This document shows, one piece after another, positions 37,064 through 51,070 of a stretch of 64,000 nucleotides of DNA. Position 1 is the first letter of the stretch. Every line of letters begins with the position of its first letter. Both the position numbers and the translations under genes were made by a program. The notes below the pieces were generated by a model, which saw nothing but the letters and a program-made list of their open reading frames with translations, made no database searches and was not told the DNA's origin. The stretch comes from Octopus vulgaris (lineage: Eukaryota), in contig OX597831.1 of NCBI GenBank assembly GCA_951406725.2, forward strand, positions 42,966,001 to 43,030,000, given 5' to 3'.

Positions 37064-37690
37064 CAGGGTGTTCAGACTAACATTATTTACATTGGATGGA
37101 TACGTGTCCTCATCTTGTTTGCTGTTACCATAACGTTTTGGCTGATATACTCTCCAGCCTTCTTCAGATGTCCTGGTGGAATTTTGAACCCGACTCAGTG
37201 TTCTCATTCACCTAAAGAAGGCTGGAGAGTAAATCAGCCGAAACATTGTCGTAACAACAAACAAGATGAGGACACATATCCGTCCAATGTAAATAATTTA
37301 CAGAATTTCTCATCTCTAAAATATAGAACAGTATGTTCAGACTAAATTTAACAGATTTTATGGAAGGTAAATAAACAATATCCTATTAAAAAAATATCAA
37401 CTAGATTACGGCCAGGAGATAGCAGTTACTTAAAGTAGTCACTCTCAGCTACTTCCACAGCCTCAAGATGGCTCTGGAATCTGGTACATGCATTCTTCAT
37501 TATGTCCATGGGATGTTCTTTGAACACTTTGATCTGGGACACTAACTCAACCTTAATGTTGCAGGCAAAACATGCCCTACACATAGTAATCCATGGAATT
37601 ATAATCAGGAGGGTTAGGAGGCTACAAATTGGGGCTGATGAAGTCATAGAAATTCTCCATGCACCACATCTGACTCTTTCTGGAGGTATG
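37064..37690 (-). mobile_element. Decayed Tc1/mariner-superfamily (maT-like) transposon 3' end, TIR interrupted by an insertion
   Basis: Minus strand reads NFYDFISPNL*PPNPPDYNSMDYYV*G (WPPNSPDLNPLDY-type motif) and ACTRFQSHLEAV. The terminus is TA|CAGGGTGTTCAGACTAA. Confidence 0.7.
37081..37333. mobile_element. Penelope-like inverted fragment with minimal hammerhead-like cores and a 12-bp target duplication
   Basis: Arms ~37082-37168 and ~37211-37297 are reverse complements. Each carries CT(G/A)AAGAAGGCTG..CAGCC(G/A)AAAC. TGTTCAGACTAA is repeated at 37069-37080 and 37334-37345. Confidence 0.72.
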
Positions 37691-38007
37691 GCAAGATGAA
37701 AAATAAAATCACAGATGGTAAAAAAGAGAAATGAATATACAATCCATCGAGAAAAGTATTAAAAATACTTTTCTCGCTGGATTCTGTGTTCTAATTAGCT
37801 GCTATTCTTTTTACAAAACAGGAAGTTACGCTGCTATGGAACAGTTATTCTTTTGAGTTGTATTTATTTTATCACCTGACAAGATATATCTGCACTGCTG
37901 GATGCTCCTGAACCAGTTGTTGAGTATCCCACCCATGAGGAATCGATGTTAGATGTGTCGAAACAATTATCGTGATTAATAATAAATTCTTGTAAATTCC
38001 ATCTGCC

Positions 38008-38054
<47 letters not shown>

Positions 38055-38508
38055 CATATACACACACACATATATATACACACAAACATATACAAAATTT
38101 AGAGGAATGACCACTAAAGTGGACACCCTATATGCTAAACATAGATGTCAAATTGTCATTACCACGAAAAATGTGTCCCCCAAGAAAAAAATTTCAATAC
38201 ACACATATATATATACACACATATACACACACATATATATACACACACACATATATATATATATATTTATATATGCACACATAGCCTCTTTCTTCCGGTC
38301 ATTTCATCATATTGAACCATTAATTCCAACATATGTTTTTCTCTCACCATTTTATTTTCATTCTTTCTCCATTTTTTTTTCTCCCAATCCTTTCTGTTGA
38401 AGAGCATAGGCATGAAATATCAAAGAATTTTCCATTCTTCCCAAGCATTAAACTAAAACACCGTCTTGTTCCCTCACTTGTCTTCATCTTTTGTTTTCTG
38501 TAAATTTG

Positions 38509-38562
<54 letters not shown>

Positions 38563-40416
38563 CCCAATAGACTTCTTTCAGTTTCAGTCCTCTCACGAGG
38601 ATCTAGTCAGTACCCAGAGCTAGCTGAAGATACTTGAAGGTACTACTCAGTCAAAATTGATGGAGGACTCTTTCATCCATCCATCCATCCATATATATAT
38701 ATATATACACGTTCATGTATGATTGCACACACATGCACATCATCATCCTTGATCTACACCTGCTTTTCCATGCTGGTAATGAATCTGATGTGTTTTCAGA
38801 GGCAGTGTTTTACGACCAGATGCTCTTCCTGTTACTAACCAATTTAGTCATGTTCTAAAACACAGGAATATGTTATATCTATCCTAAAATAATGGAGATG
38901 CACAGTACACCTCCCTCATGTGTGTGTATGTGTGTGTGTGTGTTTATGTGTATGTGTGTGCGGGACAGAGAGAGAGAGAGCATGCGTTTATGTGAGGTAA
39001 GTATTTGTGACAATAATTTTACACATACACACCAAATTTACTACATAACATTTTCATACATACCAATATATGCACAACACATACACATGCATACATACAC
39101 ACATTCCTGACTCACACAAATTAGCACAGATGGACAGATACATGTACACAGAAATTCACATGCATCTACACTTATATAAATGCAAAGTTAAACGACACCA
39201 GAACATTTAGCGATAAATTATCTCTTGACTGCCAGATGATGAGAAATAATTGCAAATATCAAAGCAATGTGTAAAGAGGTACATTGAGCTAATGGAGTCA
39301 TAGGTAGGATGTAGGAGTCGGGGAAGGAGTAGAGGTCAGTGAGTGACTGGGTGTAGTGGTGTGTGTGAGAGAGAGAGAAAGAGGGAGGGAGAATGAGAGG
39401 AAGGAGAGTGAGGTCTGTGAAGATAAGCGACTGATAATTCTTGTATGCAAATACAAAAAAATGAATGGCAGGCATGGCTGTGTAGTTAAGAAGCTCGCTT
39501 TGTAACCTCATGGTTTTGAGATCAGTTCCATGGCATGATCCTTTTGGAGAGTGTCTTCTAGTATAACCCGAGACCAACCAATGCCTTGGTGAGTGAATTT
39601 AGGAGACAGAAACTCTGTGGGTGGATGGATGGATGGACAGACAGACAGACATGTAGATAGATAGATAGATAGACAGACAGACATGTAGATAGATAGATAG
39701 ATATGAATAGATAGATAGATATGAGTTCATGGCTCACAGGACGGCCTGCTGTGCTAACCTTGGATCGTAGAGTGACTCACTGTTCTTGAGGAGACCTGTT
39801 GAATCAAGTTCGTCAACATCAAAAATTCAAATGGTAATTGTAGTTAAGACACCAGTGCTGGTGATACGTAAAAGCACTGTTCAAGTGTGGCAGTGACTAG
39901 TGTCGCCTGACTGGCGTCCGTGTCGGTGACATGTAAAAGCACCAACCGATCGTGGCTGTTTGCCAGCCTGCACTGGCTCCTGTGCTGGTGGCATGTAAAA
40001 AACACCCACTATACTCACGGAGTGGTTGGCATTAGGAAGGGCATCCAGCTGTAGAAACACTGCCAAATAAGACTGGAGCCTGGTGCAGCCTCCATGGCTT
40101 ACCAGACCCCGGTCGAACCGTCCAACCCATGCCAGCATGGAAAACGGACGTTAAATGATGATGATGATATGAATAGATAGATAGATATAAAGATAGATAG
40201 ATAGATATGAATAGATAGACTCATAAGGATGGAGATTAACCCAGTTTACATAGCATCTAAGTGACTGAGAATACAACACTCTCCCACTGAATAGGACACC
40301 AGTCCACCACAGGGTTAACTTCCCAGCTATTGTTGGAGCTCATTTACTGCAGAGCGGACTGGATCAAGAACCTAATGCATCTTATAATCACAAGCACAAT
40401 ATCCTAACCACCATGC

Positions 40417-40560
40417 CACATTCCACTATGCACCTTCACATTCCGTTATGCCTTCACATTCTGCAATGCACCTTCACATTCCGCTAAACCCTCACATTCC
40501 ACTATGCTCTCACATTCTGCTAAGGCTTCACATTCCACTATGCCCTCACATTCTGCAATG
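40417..40560. repeat. 18-20-bp minisatellite (CACATTCCACTATGCCCT-like, about 8 units)
   Basis: Direct tandem repeats at the head of a minus-strand SINE. Confidence 0.85.
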
Positions 40561-42551
40561 TTACTTGTTTATTTTATTAAATTCCTTGAAGGACAAAACA
40601 ATGAAGTTGACTTGATGTAATTAAAAGTCAAACCTGCAATGCAACAAAACGGATCACACAGTCTGGAACATTTCTGATTGGACCTTCAGAAATAAAACAC
40701 TGGGTTTGGTTAATTACTTGTCATTCATTACTATTCACAGTTTCTGCGACAGCATTTTAGACAGACATATTGATAGGAAGATATTTGGAGAAAAGGTTGT
40801 TTCATTTACAAGTTACAGGTTCATTTTCCCCTGATGCTTTTTAAAATGATGAAAACACCTGTCAATCACACTTCTAAATTACATATGCATTTCCCTAAAA
40901 CGAAGGTTTAGTGTACATCATAGGATGTAAATGAAATCACAGGTGTTGGATCAGAGTTTTCCTCTTTCTAGAGAGATGTTTTAACAAAGACTAGGAATCT
41001 CAGATTTCCAATTGTTGGATGGTCATTGAGAGGTTTTCTTACCCATCTTGCAGAATGTCCAGTGAAATCTACCCTCCTTACCAAACAGGATTGGTAGGGC
41101 TATCAGTTTGTCTGCTGATGGCCTGACCATGTGATAGGTTGTACTGGATTACATGTTACTAGTAACACTAAGAGGAACCGTTGTATACATTCATAAATAC
41201 TTTTAAAATTGTGTTTGTATATGTATGTAAGAGGCATGTAGGGAGACAGACAGAATGACAGTTGGAGAAAAAGTGAGAAGTAGGCATAGAGGAGAGAGAC
41301 AGGCAAACAAAGACTGTCTCTGTATGTGTTTTGTGTGTATATATGCACATGCACACATAATTATATATATTCGTTGTAACTGCAAAGGGTATCAAGCAGT
41401 TAAAAATGTTAAAAGCTTTCAAGTTGTTGGAAGAATTCATAATGAATAATTACACACATTGGATAATAACAGATATTGTCAATTATTAATTATATCCTGT
41501 CTTAACTTTAAACCCTGTTGTCAGTAAATCACAAATAAAAACAGAGGGGAAAAATCTTAAAACAACAACAGCAACGACAAAAACCACACACATAAGGGAA
41601 GTAATTCATAACCCATTATGACATTTACTGTAAGATGAGCGTGAATCAGGCTGTTTCTGTATGGGGCACAGCGTGCTAGAGATAGCAGTCAAACCTCCTT
41701 TAAATCACACCCAATTGTTTTAAATAAAGGAACAATACATTCTATAATGAGGTCCTAGATACATACCCCAGCCTCCCAAAAACTGGAATGGTCATGGCTG
41801 GAATGACTTTGGAATGGTCTGTTAAAACAGCTTGACCAAAGTTGACTAGAAGCTGAACTATAACAACACTATCATATTCACACATTGGACATTTAACAAC
41901 AGCTGAACCAATTTTTGTTTTACTCCCCCACCCCCACAAGGTTAGCTATGATAGAACAGTCCAACGATCGAAGACATACCACCTGTGACCATCAAGTTTA
42001 TTATCATTATTATCTTTATTGTAATTATTCTTAAGGCAGCAAGTTGACAGAATCATTAGCACGCCAGGCAAAATGCTTAGCGGTATTTTGTCTGCTGCTA
42101 AGTTCTGAGTTCAAATTCCACCGATGCCAACTTTGCCTTTCATCCTTTCGGGGGTCAATAAAATAAGTACCAGTTGCATACTGGGGTTGATCTAATTGAC
42201 TGGCTCCCTCTCCTAAAATTTCAGGCCTTGTGCCTATAAGAGAAAGGATTATTATTATTATAATTATTATCAATTATTTTATATATGTATAACCTAGACT
42301 ACATTATCTTAGCTTTAATCTTTTCTTTTATCTTTTACTTGTTTCAATCATTGTACTGCAGCCAAGCTGGGGCACCACCTTGAAGGGTTTAGTTGGACAA
42401 TACTATTTTGTTTGAAATCTGGCACTTATTCTGTCAGTCTGTTTTGCTGAACAGGGATGTAAACAAACCAACATCAGTTGTTTAGCAGTAGAGCGAGGAA
42501 TCAATCACAAGCACAAACACACATGCATCTGATGAGCTCCCACCCTGTTTC

Positions 42552-42902
42552 TTATTTCTTTATTGCCCACAAGGGGATAAACATAGAGGGGACAAACAAG
42601 GACAGACAAAGGGATTAAGTCGATTACATCGACCCCAGTGCATAACTAGTACTTAATTTATCGACCCCGAAAGGATGAAAGGCAAAGTTGACCTTGGCGG
42701 AATTTGAACTCAGAATGTAGTGACAGACGAAATACTGCTAAGCATTTCGCCCGGCGTGCAAACGTTTCTGCCAGCTCACCGCCTTATCTCCCACCCTGTT
42801 TCTTATTTCTTTATTGCCCACAACGGGCTAAACATAGAGGGGACAAACAAGAACAAAGGGATGAAGTCAATTACATCGACCCCAATTACATCACCGCCTT
42901 AT
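42552..42902 (-). mobile_element. SINE family D copy plus an adjacent internally deleted duplicate
   Basis: The flanking motif CTCCCACCC(T/C)GTTTC occurs three times (42537, 42788, 42903). Confidence 0.8.
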
Positions 42903-45839
42903 CTCCCACCCCGTTTCTGCCTACCAAATTCATTCACAAACCATTGGTTGATCATGGGCTATAGATGACGACAAATGCTGAAGGTACTGTACACTGGCAC
43001 TGAACCTGAAACTACAGAGTTGCAAAGTGAGTTTCTTAACCACACAGCCGGTGTTTATGTGTCATTTCCTTTCATAAGAACAGTAGAATGTAAACTGAAA
43101 GAGAAAGTTTAGTCCTATCTTTTGCAGATTAATTGGAACGATTATTTCTACAGCTGAATACCCACCATTCTCCATATTCTTTTCTCTAGCTTCTTTAGTC
43201 TGGTGGTTAGTCATATTTTCTTCTTAAGGTATTCACAATGTGAGGAGGTTGTATGGATCAGTAATGACCACATTAAAGTTTGAGTTTCAGACATTTTATA
43301 AACCTGCATCATTGTATTTAAAGTGTGTGTGTGTACATATAAGATTAGTGTTGATTGTCAAGTATGACATAACCATAATATAAGAGAAAATTGACAGAGA
43401 GGGCTAGAGACTAACTCACATAGATTCCCTAAAACAGCAATAGGCTTTTTGGTCTGAGGTGGAAGTTGTCAGTTTTTTATAACTGCAAGCCATCTTTCTA
43501 GAATTTCCGGTCAAACTGTTTGACAGGAAAAACTCACACATTTCTTTTGTAGTTTGCCACTTCAACGATAAAAAAATCATCCATAGGTCTGCTCAGTCAG
43601 AGCTGATCTGGGACTGAAATAGCCAGCAAAGGAGCCTCTACATAGTAGCTCAGCTTGGAAGAAAGAACCACCAAATTTATCCACAAATTTATATTTCCAA
43701 CTTTTCATCATACAAAAGGAGAGACATATTAGATAATATAGTACTAGAAGTGTTGGTCATGGTTGGAACACTTTTGATCAAAGACTACTTGATCAAGGAT
43801 AAACAACATAAATAACAATTACAAGCAAAGAATATTCTGGCAACTCAGGCATTAAATAAAAAAGAAGGAAAAACTTGATGTAAAATAAGGCATGGTTAGT
43901 GGTTAAGAAACTTGTTTTGTAACCACATCGTTTTGGGTTCAGTCCCACATTGGGGCACCTTGGACAAATGTCTTCTACCATAGCCCTGGGCCAACCAAAG
44001 CTTTGTGAGTGAACTTGGCAGATGGAAACTGTGTGGAAGCTTGTTGTTGTGTGTGTATGCGTGTGCATGTGTGCACATGTTTGATCCTTTTTCCACTGCT
44101 TGATAAATAAGGTTGGCTTGTTTATATTCCCCTAACATAGCAGTTTGGCAAGAGAGACTGACAGAATAAGAACCAGCCTAAAGAAATAAGTACTAAGATA
44201 GATTTTTGCAGCTAAACACTGTTTGGTGTTATTCCAGCATGGCCATAGTCTGAAGACTGAAACAATTAAAAGATATGAAAGCAAAGCGAAATAAATTAAT
44301 TTAAAAAGAAAAAAGGGGAAGAAAATACAAAAGAACAACAGAAAGAGTACCTACGGGTGACAAAGAGGTATATTTGTCAATATAGACAATGGTAGAGACC
44401 TCCATGCTCTAGGAAGAAGATGAGACAAGCGTGGCTGGTTTCTTCCTAATTTTTGTGCAGGTCCTTTAATGCCTGTGCCACTACACCTGATCTTTATAGC
44501 CTTTATCTGTCTTCCCAGACTTTCTTAGCAGCATTAATTAGCATGGCGTGGAGAAGAGACAAGACAGTGGTGGTGCCAGTGGAGTGAATAAGATATAGAA
44601 GAGCAGGGAAGTGGGGTGGTGGGGGAGTGGAATCATTAGGTTACAACCAGGATGTGGCAAAAGTCCAGTCATCAAGCTTGGACATCTGGGATGGGTAGGT
44701 GGAACAAAAAGCAGACAAATGCACTACTTTTTTTTTTTTATCTTTTACTTGTTTCTGACATTGGACCGTGGCCATGCTGGGGCACCACTTTGAAAAGTTT
44801 GGTTGAAGAAATCGGTTTTAAATCTGTTTTTTATTTTATCGGTCTTGTTTGCTGAGCCACTAATTTACATTGATATAAACAAAAGACAGGTTGTCAAGCA
44901 GTGGTGTGGACAAAGACATATACATATATAAGATGGGCTTCCACACAGTTTCCACATGCCAATTTACTCGAAAAGCACTGGTTAGCCTGGCACTACAATA
45001 GAAAAGTTTTGCCCAAGATGCTGTGCTGTGGGACTGAACCTGAAACCATTTGTTCCAAGTGAACTTCTTAACCACACAGCCATGCCTGAACCTTGTGGAA
45101 AAAAAACTAAAAGCAAGTCTTTCTTTCCTTGATGATCATCAGTGCTGCTAGCAAGATTTGAACTCGTAGCTGAGAAGCACCAAACCTTGGTGCATTAATG
45201 TACTCAATGCTCTAAACAGGGAAGGTAAGTATTTGGTACACGTGAAATAATTAAGTCTAATTTATTAGGTAATCCTAATGACCTGACAGCAACCCACACA
45301 ACTCAAGCTTTTTCACTTGCTTACACTTTCCCTCCTCCTACTCTTCCTCTTTTTCACCCCACTCCACCCCGACCGTGTTGTCCTAATAATGAAAGTTACT
45401 CCCCTCATTCTCTCATCTCTCACTCCTTGGCAATGAGACAATTTCTACAAGCTGTTTGACAATGAATGGAGGTAGATCTCCTTTCAAGTAAAACAGTGGA
45501 ATGGAAATTGTGGAAGGATGGGGTGGTGGGGAGGCAACACTTGATAGACTGTGGGAGAGAGTGTGATAGGAATGAGTGAGTGAGTGAGTGAGTAAAAGAG
45601 AGAGAGGAAAATGTGTTAAGGGAGAGAGACTAGGAATAAGGAATGTGTTAAGGGAGAGAGACTAGGAATACAGTGAAGCAAAAATGGCACAAAGATGAAC
45701 TTTGCTTAAAGAGATCAGGAAAAGAAAAATTAAAATGAAGGAATGAGACAGACAGACAGACAAATTAACAGAACATGTAAGAGAAACTTGAGAGGAGAAC
45801 TCCAGAATGAGTTATCGGTTGAGGTGAAAGAAATTATGA

Positions 45840-45892
45840 CAGAGAGAGAGAGAGAGAGAGAGCAATAGATAGATAGCCAGAGAGAGAGATAG

Positions 45893-45926
<34 letters not shown>

Positions 45927-46020
45927 GCAGGCAGGCAGGTAGGTAGGCAGACAGACAGACAGACAGATAGATAGATAGATAGATAGATAGACAGATAGAG
46001 ACAGACAGATACAGACTGAC

Positions 46021-46055
<35 letters not shown>

Positions 46056-46170
46056 TAGAGATAGATAGATAGATACAGGCAGACAGACAGATAGATACAG
46101 ACAGACAGATACAGACAGATAGACAGATAGATACAGATAGATAGATATAGACAGAGAGACAAACAGATAG
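45840..46170. repeat. Compound (GA)n/(GACA)n/(GGCA)n/(GATA)n microsatellite
   Basis: Directly visible; it is the source of the spurious ORFs at 45730-46247. Confidence 0.95.
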
Positions 46171-49100
46171 CAAAACATAAGAAATTGCAGACAGTCATAA
46201 GTTAGGGAAAAGGTGAGAAAGACAGTCAAGAGAAAAGGAGAAAACAAAATAAATTAAAAAAGGAAAGGGAAGGTGGAATGCGTGCATAATGTGTCCAGCC
46301 CTTGATGGAGCACAACTATGATAATATCATTCCTGCTGGGACTATCCCATCATTTTTTTAGGGGTAAGTAGGAATACATTACCTAATGTGTTGTTTGCTT
46401 ACGTAAGATTGTAGGGTGTAATTTAAGGTAGATTTGTCTATTTCTAGCAGGCCGTGTAACCACATGGAAGCTCCTTTGATTGGCTTTGTATGTATTTCAT
46501 GTTACATGATGATGGCCACAATGATGCTGATAATAATTAAGACATGAGGATGAAGATGATGCTGAAAATGATGACAATAACTGCCAAATAACAACATCAA
46601 AAAGTATTAAAAGAAGGATTTAAAAATGTGAAAATACAAAATAATTTAAATAAGATAAATTTAAAGCAAAAGAGAGAAAAGAAAAATGAAATCAAACAGT
46701 ATTTGCCCAGAGCAAAAACTGGTTACCTCAATTTCCCTCTTCAGGTTAAGGTCTGCCATTTCCTTTGAAGGAATTTTCGTAGGGCCCCTATTATCTCTTC
46801 TCTGATACCTTTGTCTGGAATCAGAAATTATTTCACAACCGCCTATGTGGCGCCGTATGAATTCCATTGTCAGAAAGAAAAAAAAAGAGAAAAAGTAGGG
46901 GACAACTATAAAGCTCTCGGAGAGTTTATTGAGGAGGGTAATGGTAGCAACGAAATATAGTTTGTCATGATCTGGTCCAAGAGAGTTGTTGTAAGTAACC
47001 ACTGAGTCACCAAGTTCAAAGAGTGGGTAGTTCCGCATTGAGTAGAAAAAAGGGAAAATAAAGAGAAGAAAAAATGGTTTCTTCCAATCAGATTTGAAAT
47101 GAATCTAGTGATTCCAGGCAATGTGACAGAATGCATTAAGGATGTCAGCCACAGGAGCAGCAGAAAAAATAGGCTCAGACTGTTTCTTACCTCCGCTTGG
47201 TGTCAGATGGAAGTATTCAGCTCCTATGTAAGAAACAATTTTAGGCTGAGTCAAATATGTGTGGAACTATTAGAAATGTTCAATGGAATACAGATTGGGA
47301 AACATCAGGTTAAACATTCCATAAAAGGATGCACGTGTAAGAAGAGAAGAAAAAATATTACTGACACCTCAGAGGTTGCAGTGCCATCAGGACTTTAGAT
47401 GTCTCGACAATATTTCATGTGTCTCCATAATCCAATAGGATTGCTTGTATCAATGCTGAACAACAATAACAACAACAAAAGCAAGACCAGCAGAACATCA
47501 GTGGCACCAAGGAGGAAAATTTAAGGGACGAAAATTGGTTAGCAAAATTCCATCAGACCAAATGTAATGTAAAGTAAACTGGTCATACAATAAATCAGTT
47601 GGCACTTGAGGTAGTTTTTCTGGGTTTTTTTCAAGTCGGTTGGCAGCAGAAAATCTTTGGTAAATTTTAGGTACCCATAAGAATGCTGTGAAAGGTGACA
47701 AATGGCTTTAGCATTTAGGTTATGCTACTGGATTCTGTAGATTTTTGAGTAGAGTAAATGCTTAACTGTGTATTCTGTGAGATAGTGAGCTGCAAAGTGT
47801 TACACTGAATACTCAAGGAGTAGTAGAATGGCTGAGTGGACGGAGTATCTTCTCAGTTGGAATGCTGTTAATTTGTACTGGACACACATGAACTGCTGTG
47901 TCCTTCTTGTGTTGTACTTTGAGTGTGGTAATATTCTCTTGTCCCAATTTAACTGACAGTTAAAGAAGATAGAGGAAACATTGAGTGGTCAGGTAATATA
48001 ACCAACCATCACCAATTTCATTGACACAGAAGCATAAGGGTAGGAGATAATGAGAGAGAAAGAGACAGGAGAGAAGGAAGGTGTGTATGTGAAATAGAGT
48101 GTGTGGTGAGTAAGAGAGAGAGAGAGAGTCTGTGCATATGAGAGAGGGACAGAGAGTGTGTGTGTGTGCTACAGAGAGAGAGTGTGTGTGTGTTAGAGAG
48201 ACAGCAAACTCAAAGACTAAGTGTCATGCTTTTGTGAATGTGATGTATAGTTTTGGTGGGAAAGTGCTTTTTGTCAAATGTCGAAAATGAAGTTCTTGAA
48301 GAATGAAAACTAAAAGAAAATTACAAGAACCTCGGCAACAGGAGCAGAAGTAGTAGAAGTAGCAGCAGCAACAACAACAACAGATTCTTGAAACAAGCCA
48401 CTCTATTGTATTCACTTCAAGTCCTGCGTGGTTTGAACAAGAAAATTTTTCTGAAGTTTGCATTAGAAAGTAGGACGTAAAGAACAGGACAAAACAAAAC
48501 AAGATATCCAGCTGATTAAAAAATTTTAGAAAAAGACAATTTACATACATTCCAAGATGATGGATAAAAATTCTTCACGCTGATTGACCTATATATATAT
48601 ACGTATATATATATATATATATTTAACACAAAGTATCCAGCAGTTGAAACAATCTTCCTGACAAGTTACTCATAAGGGGACATAAATCTGTTGAATCCTT
48701 ATATTATAATACAGAGGAGAAAATGAAAGCATTTCTGTTGAAGCCTTCTGGTTCTTATTTTGGTCTTGAATGTTTCCTTCCTTGTTTTTCTCCTTGTTTC
48801 AGATCATATGGCATCCACTTTTGGGAAATTTGCTTAAAAAATGCATTCAGATATCATATATATATATATATTTATACACACACTAAACACATGTTCATAT
48901 ATGCATATACAGACACGTGTGTATGCATGTAAATCACTTCAAGAAATCAAATCCCCAATGTTTATTTGTTGTTTGTTATTGTTGTCCTTATTTTTTTCTT
49001 CTTTTTGGTTGGGGTTCTTTTTTTTTTGTTCCTTAGATGCTGGCTGCCAGCCGTATATAACCAGTTACCTCTGTGCCATAGGTCTGATAAAGCAGGGCTG

Positions 49101-49439
49101 ACTCAACAAGGCCGTGGCTATTCTTCAACAAAAACAACAACAACAACAACAACCTGTAGTGGGTGTGTGTGTGTGTGGGTGTGTGTACTGGTGTAGACAA
49201 TAGAAGCAACTAATATTGTCGTTGATTTGTGAGTGTGTAAGACTATGTATTGGAATGGAGCAGAACTGGTATAATTAATGAAGAATCAATTAAACAGACA
49301 ATGTAGAGGGTGACTAAGATTAAACTCACAACACATGCATATACACAGGTAGGTATACATAGACAATTACACACATATATATACTGAATTACATAAGCAT
49401 ACTCAGTGTGTGTGTGCGTGCATGTGTATGTACATTTTA

Positions 49440-50070
49440 TATCATCATCATCATCGTTTAATGTCCACTTTCTATGCTAGCATGGGTTGGACAATTTGAC
49501 AGAGGACTGGCAAACCAGATGGCTGCACCAGGCTCAAATCTGATCTGACAGAGTTTCTACAGCTGGATGCTCTTCCTAATGCCAACCACTCCGGGAGTGT
49601 GGTGGGTGCTTCTATGTGCCACCGGCATGAGGGCCAGTCAGGCGGTACTGGCAAGGGCCATGCTCAAATGGTGTTTTTTTTTACGTGCCACCTGCACAGG
49701 AGCCAGTCCAGCGGCACTGGCAATGACCTCACTTAAATGCTTTTTCACGTGCCACCGACACAAGTGCCAGTAAGGCAATGCTGGTAACAATCACGCTCAA
49801 ATGGTGCATTTTTACGTGCCACCGGTATGGAAGCCAGTTTGCTGTTCTGGCAATGATCATGCTCGGATGGTGCTCTTAGCACTCCACTAGCATGGATGCC
49901 AGTCATCAAATTTGATTTCAATTTCGATTTCGATTTCTCTTGCCTCAACAGGTCTTTGCAAGCAAAGTTTAGTGTCCAAAAAGCTCTGCTTGCGAAGACC
50001 TATTGAGGGAAGTGAAATCGAAGTAAAATTCAATGACTGGCATCCGTGCTAGTGGAGTGCTAAGCTCTTT
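49440..50070 (-). mobile_element. RTE 3'-UTR-only copy with internal ~70-bp repeats
   Basis: Same terminal tail as the RTE, plus repeated GGTGCTTTTTACGTGCCACC units. Related copies lie at about 32571-32910, 39725-40170, 57080-57310 and 23555-23770. Confidence 0.75.
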
Positions 50071-50343
50071 ATATATATATATATATATACATATATACTG
50101 TATATACATATATACAGTTATTGGGCAGTTTCTTCCCCTGTCAGCATATGTGTATACATTTGCACTCTCCTTATAGAACCAGGAGTATTTTACTCCTATT
50201 TCTAGCAATATAGGTGTCTTGTCATCTGTTAGTCATTCCCACTACAAGGCACCTTGGACAAGTGTCTTCTACTATAGCCTCGGGCCGACGAATGCCTTGT
50301 GAGTGGATTTGGTTGACAGAAACTGAAAGAAGCCCATCGTATA

Positions 50344-50405
<62 letters not shown>

Positions 50406-50444
50406 CGTGTGTGTGTTTGTGTGTATATGTCTGTGTTTGTCCTT

Positions 50445-51070
50445 TATAGGCCATCTGCAGTCCAGTTTGGAGTGGTATCGTCTTTAGCATACTGCATCTC
50501 ATGGACTGAGATGGTGGAGATCCTCATCTTTGCATGGAGATGTGCAAGATTGAAGTGTCCACCATCCGAGCGATAGCACGTGTTGTAGAAGGCAAGCCTG
50601 GTGGGATTTCATTGAACATGGTGGCCATGTACAAAGAGAAACAGGTTTGTGCAGGACAAATCTTTACTTAAGACCCCCAAAGATGGAAAACAGGTCTGTG
50701 AGGGCATGCCATCATGAAGGTGGCGGAGCAGAGCAATGAAGTCCCCCGGACATCCAAACCGAGCAAGGATGGCCCACAATGCAGAATGGGGGACCTTGTC
50801 AAAGGCTTTCTTTAGATCCCAGAAGATTAACATTGCAGGCTGTTATTGTTCTTGACACTTCTCATGAAGTTGGTGGGCACAAAAGATCATGTCAATTGTG
50901 CCTTGAGAGGGTTGAAAGCCACACTGGGACTCAGGAAGGACATCTTCCACAAGGATGAGGAGGCAAATGAGTGGGATATGGGTGAATATCTTGCTTGGAA
51001 TACTCAGGAGTGAGATGCCCTGATAGTTGTTGCAATCCTCTTGGTCTCTCTTCTTGTAGATGGTGAGGAT
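50445..51070 (-). pseudogene. Decayed RTE (BovB-like) reverse transcriptase fragment, a different family
   Basis: Translation includes TIYKK.D..DCNNYQGISLLS..VLPESQCGF..GTIDMIF..QLHEKCQEQ and DLKKAFDKV..LWAILARFGCP..LHDGM. Confidence 0.85.

Noticed and set aside
37905-38010. Repeat shared with 58410-58520 as a hammerhead
   Set aside because: It has a GAAAC and a TGAGGA-like word, but stem II cannot be drawn convincingly. It is probably a retroelement end of uncertain type.
40417-40560. Regular repeats as a CRISPR-like array
   Set aside because: Contiguous degenerate units with no unique spacers, in a eukaryotic context.
45730-46247. 128-147-aa ORFs, and similar YIYI/CVCV/THTH ORFs across the window
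   Set aside because: They are stop-free microsatellite translations with no protein signal.
46661-47701. ORFs of 67-125 aa in the unique island as host exons
   Set aside because: No recognisable domain and no convincing splice pairs.
47608-47860. let-7-like (TGAGGTAGT) and miR-184-like (TGGACGGAG) words
   Set aside because: Only 9-nt matches; the rest of each mature sequence and a precursor hairpin are absent.
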